Shown here one piece after another: positions 61,857 to 64,000 of a stretch of DNA of 64,000 nt (the stretch's first letter is position 1; each line of letters starts with the position of its first letter). The position numbers and the translations under genes are program-made. Source of the DNA: an uncultured Nitrososphaerota archaeon (GTDB lineage: Archaea > Thermoproteota > Nitrososphaeria > Conexivisphaerales > DTJL01); assembly GCA_963842885.1 (NCBI GenBank), contig CAWJIE010000003.1, positions 160,001-224,000 of the forward strand, written 5' to 3'. The notes beneath the pieces are model-generated. The model did not search any database, had not been told where the DNA came from, and was given only the letters and a program-made list of their open reading frames with translations.

Positions 61857-62715
61857 CTACCTTGACCACAGCCTCCCCGATGTGCTTTATGATTTCAAAG
61901 ACCTGCGTAGCAGGCGTAGGGTTCGTCATCTGGCCTGCCAGGCGATTGGCGTGCCCCGCTATGAGGCAGGCGCGAATCGGCTCATAGCCTCCTGAGATGA
62001 GCGCGGAGACCATCCCGGTAATCGTGTCCCCCGTCCCACCAATGGGCTCCAGGGCAGGGATGTTGGGCTCAGAGATGGTGTACATAATCTTGCCGTCGTC
62101 GACGATGAAGTCGGTGGGCCCCTTGATGAGGAGATACCGAGGAGCGTTGCCGCCGGCATAGGCCTTCTCTATGAGCTTGGGCACCTCCGTCGTGTCTATG
62201 TCGAAGAGCATGGATTTCACGTAGGCCGGGTGACCGGCCTCGGGATCGGCGAGGAAACATATCTCTCCGGCGTCGGGGGTGAACAGGTCGAACTTCTTGC
62301 ACGCGCCCGTGGCCTTCGCTATGAGCATGGAGCCCGCGTCGGCGATCATGAAGGGCCTCTTCTCCCAGTAGTCGAGCATCTCGACGAACTCCATGAACGG
62401 TTTCCTGATGGGGAGGATGTAGTGCATGGTCACGGCGTTGGCGCCCAGCGCCCCGGCCTTCTCCGTGAGGTATGCGTACAGGGCGGCCGAACCGGCGCCC
62501 TTTCCCATGTCGCCGGCCACCACCCCCATGGGTGCCTCTATGCCCAAGGCCTCGGCCGCGGTGGCGGACGCGGCCATCATGGCCATGGCGCCTATGGAGC
62601 CCAGCTCCTTGGGGATGTACTTGTCTCCCAGCGAGATGGACCTGCCATCGTACTTTATCGTGCCGAAGATGAGGGAACTGTCCTCGACGGGCAGCGTCCC
62701 CGAAAGGAGGAGCAT
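61843..62715 (-). CDS. YjeF-C/ribokinase-like carbohydrate kinase-fold protein
   Basis: IADAG, FTPDAGE, HPAY, LLIKG, GGTGDTITG. Confidence 0.85.
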   Translation of the reverse strand: MLLLSGTLPVEDSSLIFGTIKYDGRSISLGDKYIPKELGSIGAMAMMAASATAAEALGIEAPMGVVAGDMGKGAGSAALYAYLTEKAGALGANAVTMHYILPIRKPFMEFVEMLDYWEKRPFMIADAGSMLIAKATGACKKFDLFTPDAGEICFLADPEAGHPAYVKSMLFDIDTTEVPKLIEKAYAGGNAPRYLLIKGPTDFIVDDGKIMYTISEPNIPALEPIGGTGDTITGMVSALISGGYEPIRACLIAGHANRLAGQMTNPTPATQVFEIIKHIGEAVVKVVDTF

Positions 62716-63276
62716 CTATTTCATCTTCTTCCAAGCTTGCAGGGCGGCTTCGTATGCCTTCTGCAAAGTGTATGCGCAGAGAGTGAAGCCCAGCTCGTTG
62801 GGCGAAACAGCCTTGTCGAGCGGCTGCCCTATCATCCTGAGAGCGAGGAGGGGGATGTCCGGGCATCCTCCACCAGATATGTTCACGATGACGCCCGTGG
62901 CCTTCTCGAACGTAAGCTTCATGTTCCCGACGCGGATCATCAGGTACTTCCCGAAGTCGACCTTCTTGACAAGTTTGCTGACCTGAAGCGGAGGGAGGTC
63001 GCCTTCGGATGCGAACACGACATCGAGTATGGGTATCCCGTCCGCCCTGAGCACCTTCTCTGCGGCGTTGACCTGGTTGCTGGGGACTGACATGGCGATG
63101 TCGCAGCCCGTCCTGACTTCAGGAGGTGGGGCGCCGGCCTTGGTATCGAGACCGGCTCGCTTGAGGACATGCTCGGCCCTCATGGCATCCCTGAAAAGCT
63201 CGAAGAGGAAGAGAGACCTGGAGAGGCCGTATTGATCGGTCCGCTTATGCGGGGAAGACAACGCGTCGCTCGACAC
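62716..63276 (-). CDS. DUF3343 putative S/Se-carrier-like protein
   Basis: AMRAE..LK, APPPEVRTGCDIA, SGGGCPDIP, LCAY. Confidence 0.78.
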   Translation of the reverse strand: MSSDALSSPHKRTDQYGLSRSLFLFELFRDAMRAEHVLKRAGLDTKAGAPPPEVRTGCDIAMSVPSNQVNAAEKVLRADGIPILDVVFASEGDLPPLQVSKLVKKVDFGKYLMIRVGNMKLTFEKATGVIVNISGGGCPDIPLLALRMIGQPLDKAVSPNELGFTLCAYTLQKAYEAALQAWKKMK

Positions 63277-63408
63277 ATCATCGACACCGTATGATATAAT
63301 CGTTTGACTCGTCCGATACGCAATTCGTATTTATTCTATCTATCATGCTACAGATGCCTGGTTCCGCCCTGTGCACGCAGCCCAGTCCGGGTTGTGACTG
63401 AACCCGAA

Positions 63409-63889
63409 CTATGCCATCTTTGCGGTCTCCGAATCCAATCCCTCAAGCGTCTCGGCCAGCTTCTTGACGGCGACGACGACCTCAGGCGTGGGCTTCCCCT
63501 TCATCTTCCTGACTTGGACCCCTAGCGAGCATGATTCTGGTGCCCTCCAGCTCAGAGGCGATTACATGCGCCAGCACGGACAACGGGAACTTGTGCACCA
63601 GAAAGAACTTGGTCTCCTGTCTCAGAAGGTCCTCCAGCACCAATTCGCCCGGCGCCAGGTTCCTGTCGACGGCATTGACCATCAGTATGACTTCAGGCCG
63701 GGCCTCCAAGACGTTAGGGACGAACTTCTCTGGCGCCGTTTCGCAGAGGAGTGCCCTGATGTTCACTAGGTGTCTGTGGACCTTTCTAAAAAGAAGAGGG
63801 CCAGCGACGTCGTCTCCGAAGTCGCTGCCTACGCACATCATCAAGGTTCGCCGGCCCTTTATAAGCCGGCGAATCTCTGCTGGGTCCAT
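63409..63889 (-). CDS. Hydrogenase maturation protease (HycI-like; frameshift near 63527)
   Basis: CVGSDFGDDVAG, ETAPE, HKFPL, LGVQ. Confidence 0.75.
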
Positions 63890-63902
63890 TAGTGAGCTAC
63901 GG

Positions 63903-63998
63903 TCAGGCGGTCTGGGCGGCCGGGGCTATTTGCTTTGCGTCCTTCAGCATCGCGTTGTACATGCCGACGAAGTTGAACGAGAACGGGCAGACCCCTGC
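63903..63998 (-). CDS. C-terminus of a probable Fe-S protein (partial)
   Basis: AGVCPFSFNFVGMYNAMLK...* directly upstream of hycI. Confidence 0.45.
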   Translation of the reverse strand, partial: AGVCPFSFNFVGMYNAMLKDAKQIAPAAQTA

Positions 63999-64000
63999 GC

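Noticed and set aside
1-64000. Genome-wide TAG reassignment
   Set aside because: Many conserved genes (ths, tbp, albA, rps28e, mvk, ipk) end at TAG at their expected length

Overview
Archaeal genomic DNA of about 60% GC. Gene content and order suggest Nitrososphaerota/TACK (inference). Core blocks are: thermosome end, isocitrate/isopropylmalate dehydrogenase, Alba, A/V-ATPase F-E-A-B-D, rps2-MEMO1-mvk-ipk-idi-GGPS-gltX, and rpl7ae-rps28e-rpl24e-ndk-aIF5B-rps6e-aIF2g-PIN-rpoE-spt4-DPCK-rps24e-rps27ae. Accessory islands interrupt these blocks. Many essential genes carry single-base frameshifts, most likely long-read errors. Most notable: (1) a ~20-bp (up to 52-bp, hairpin-forming) repeat at the borders of accessory segments, a candidate cassette/recombination site; (2) an intact IS110 whose upstream non-coding region matches both halves of its target and its donor junction (candidate bridge RNA); (3) a 4.5-kb inverted archaeal mevalonate-pathway cassette (second mvk, UbiD, LpdD-like, AcnX large/small) between diverged 299-bp direct repeats of the mvk/ipk junction; (4) two divergent TBP+TFB modules bracketing decayed defence genes; (5) two genes with paired in-frame TAG codons; (6) a YeeE/TusA/DUF3343/YjeF-like/XdhC sulfur- or selenium-relay cluster next to hydrogenase genes. 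No rRNA, tRNA or CRISPR array was seen.
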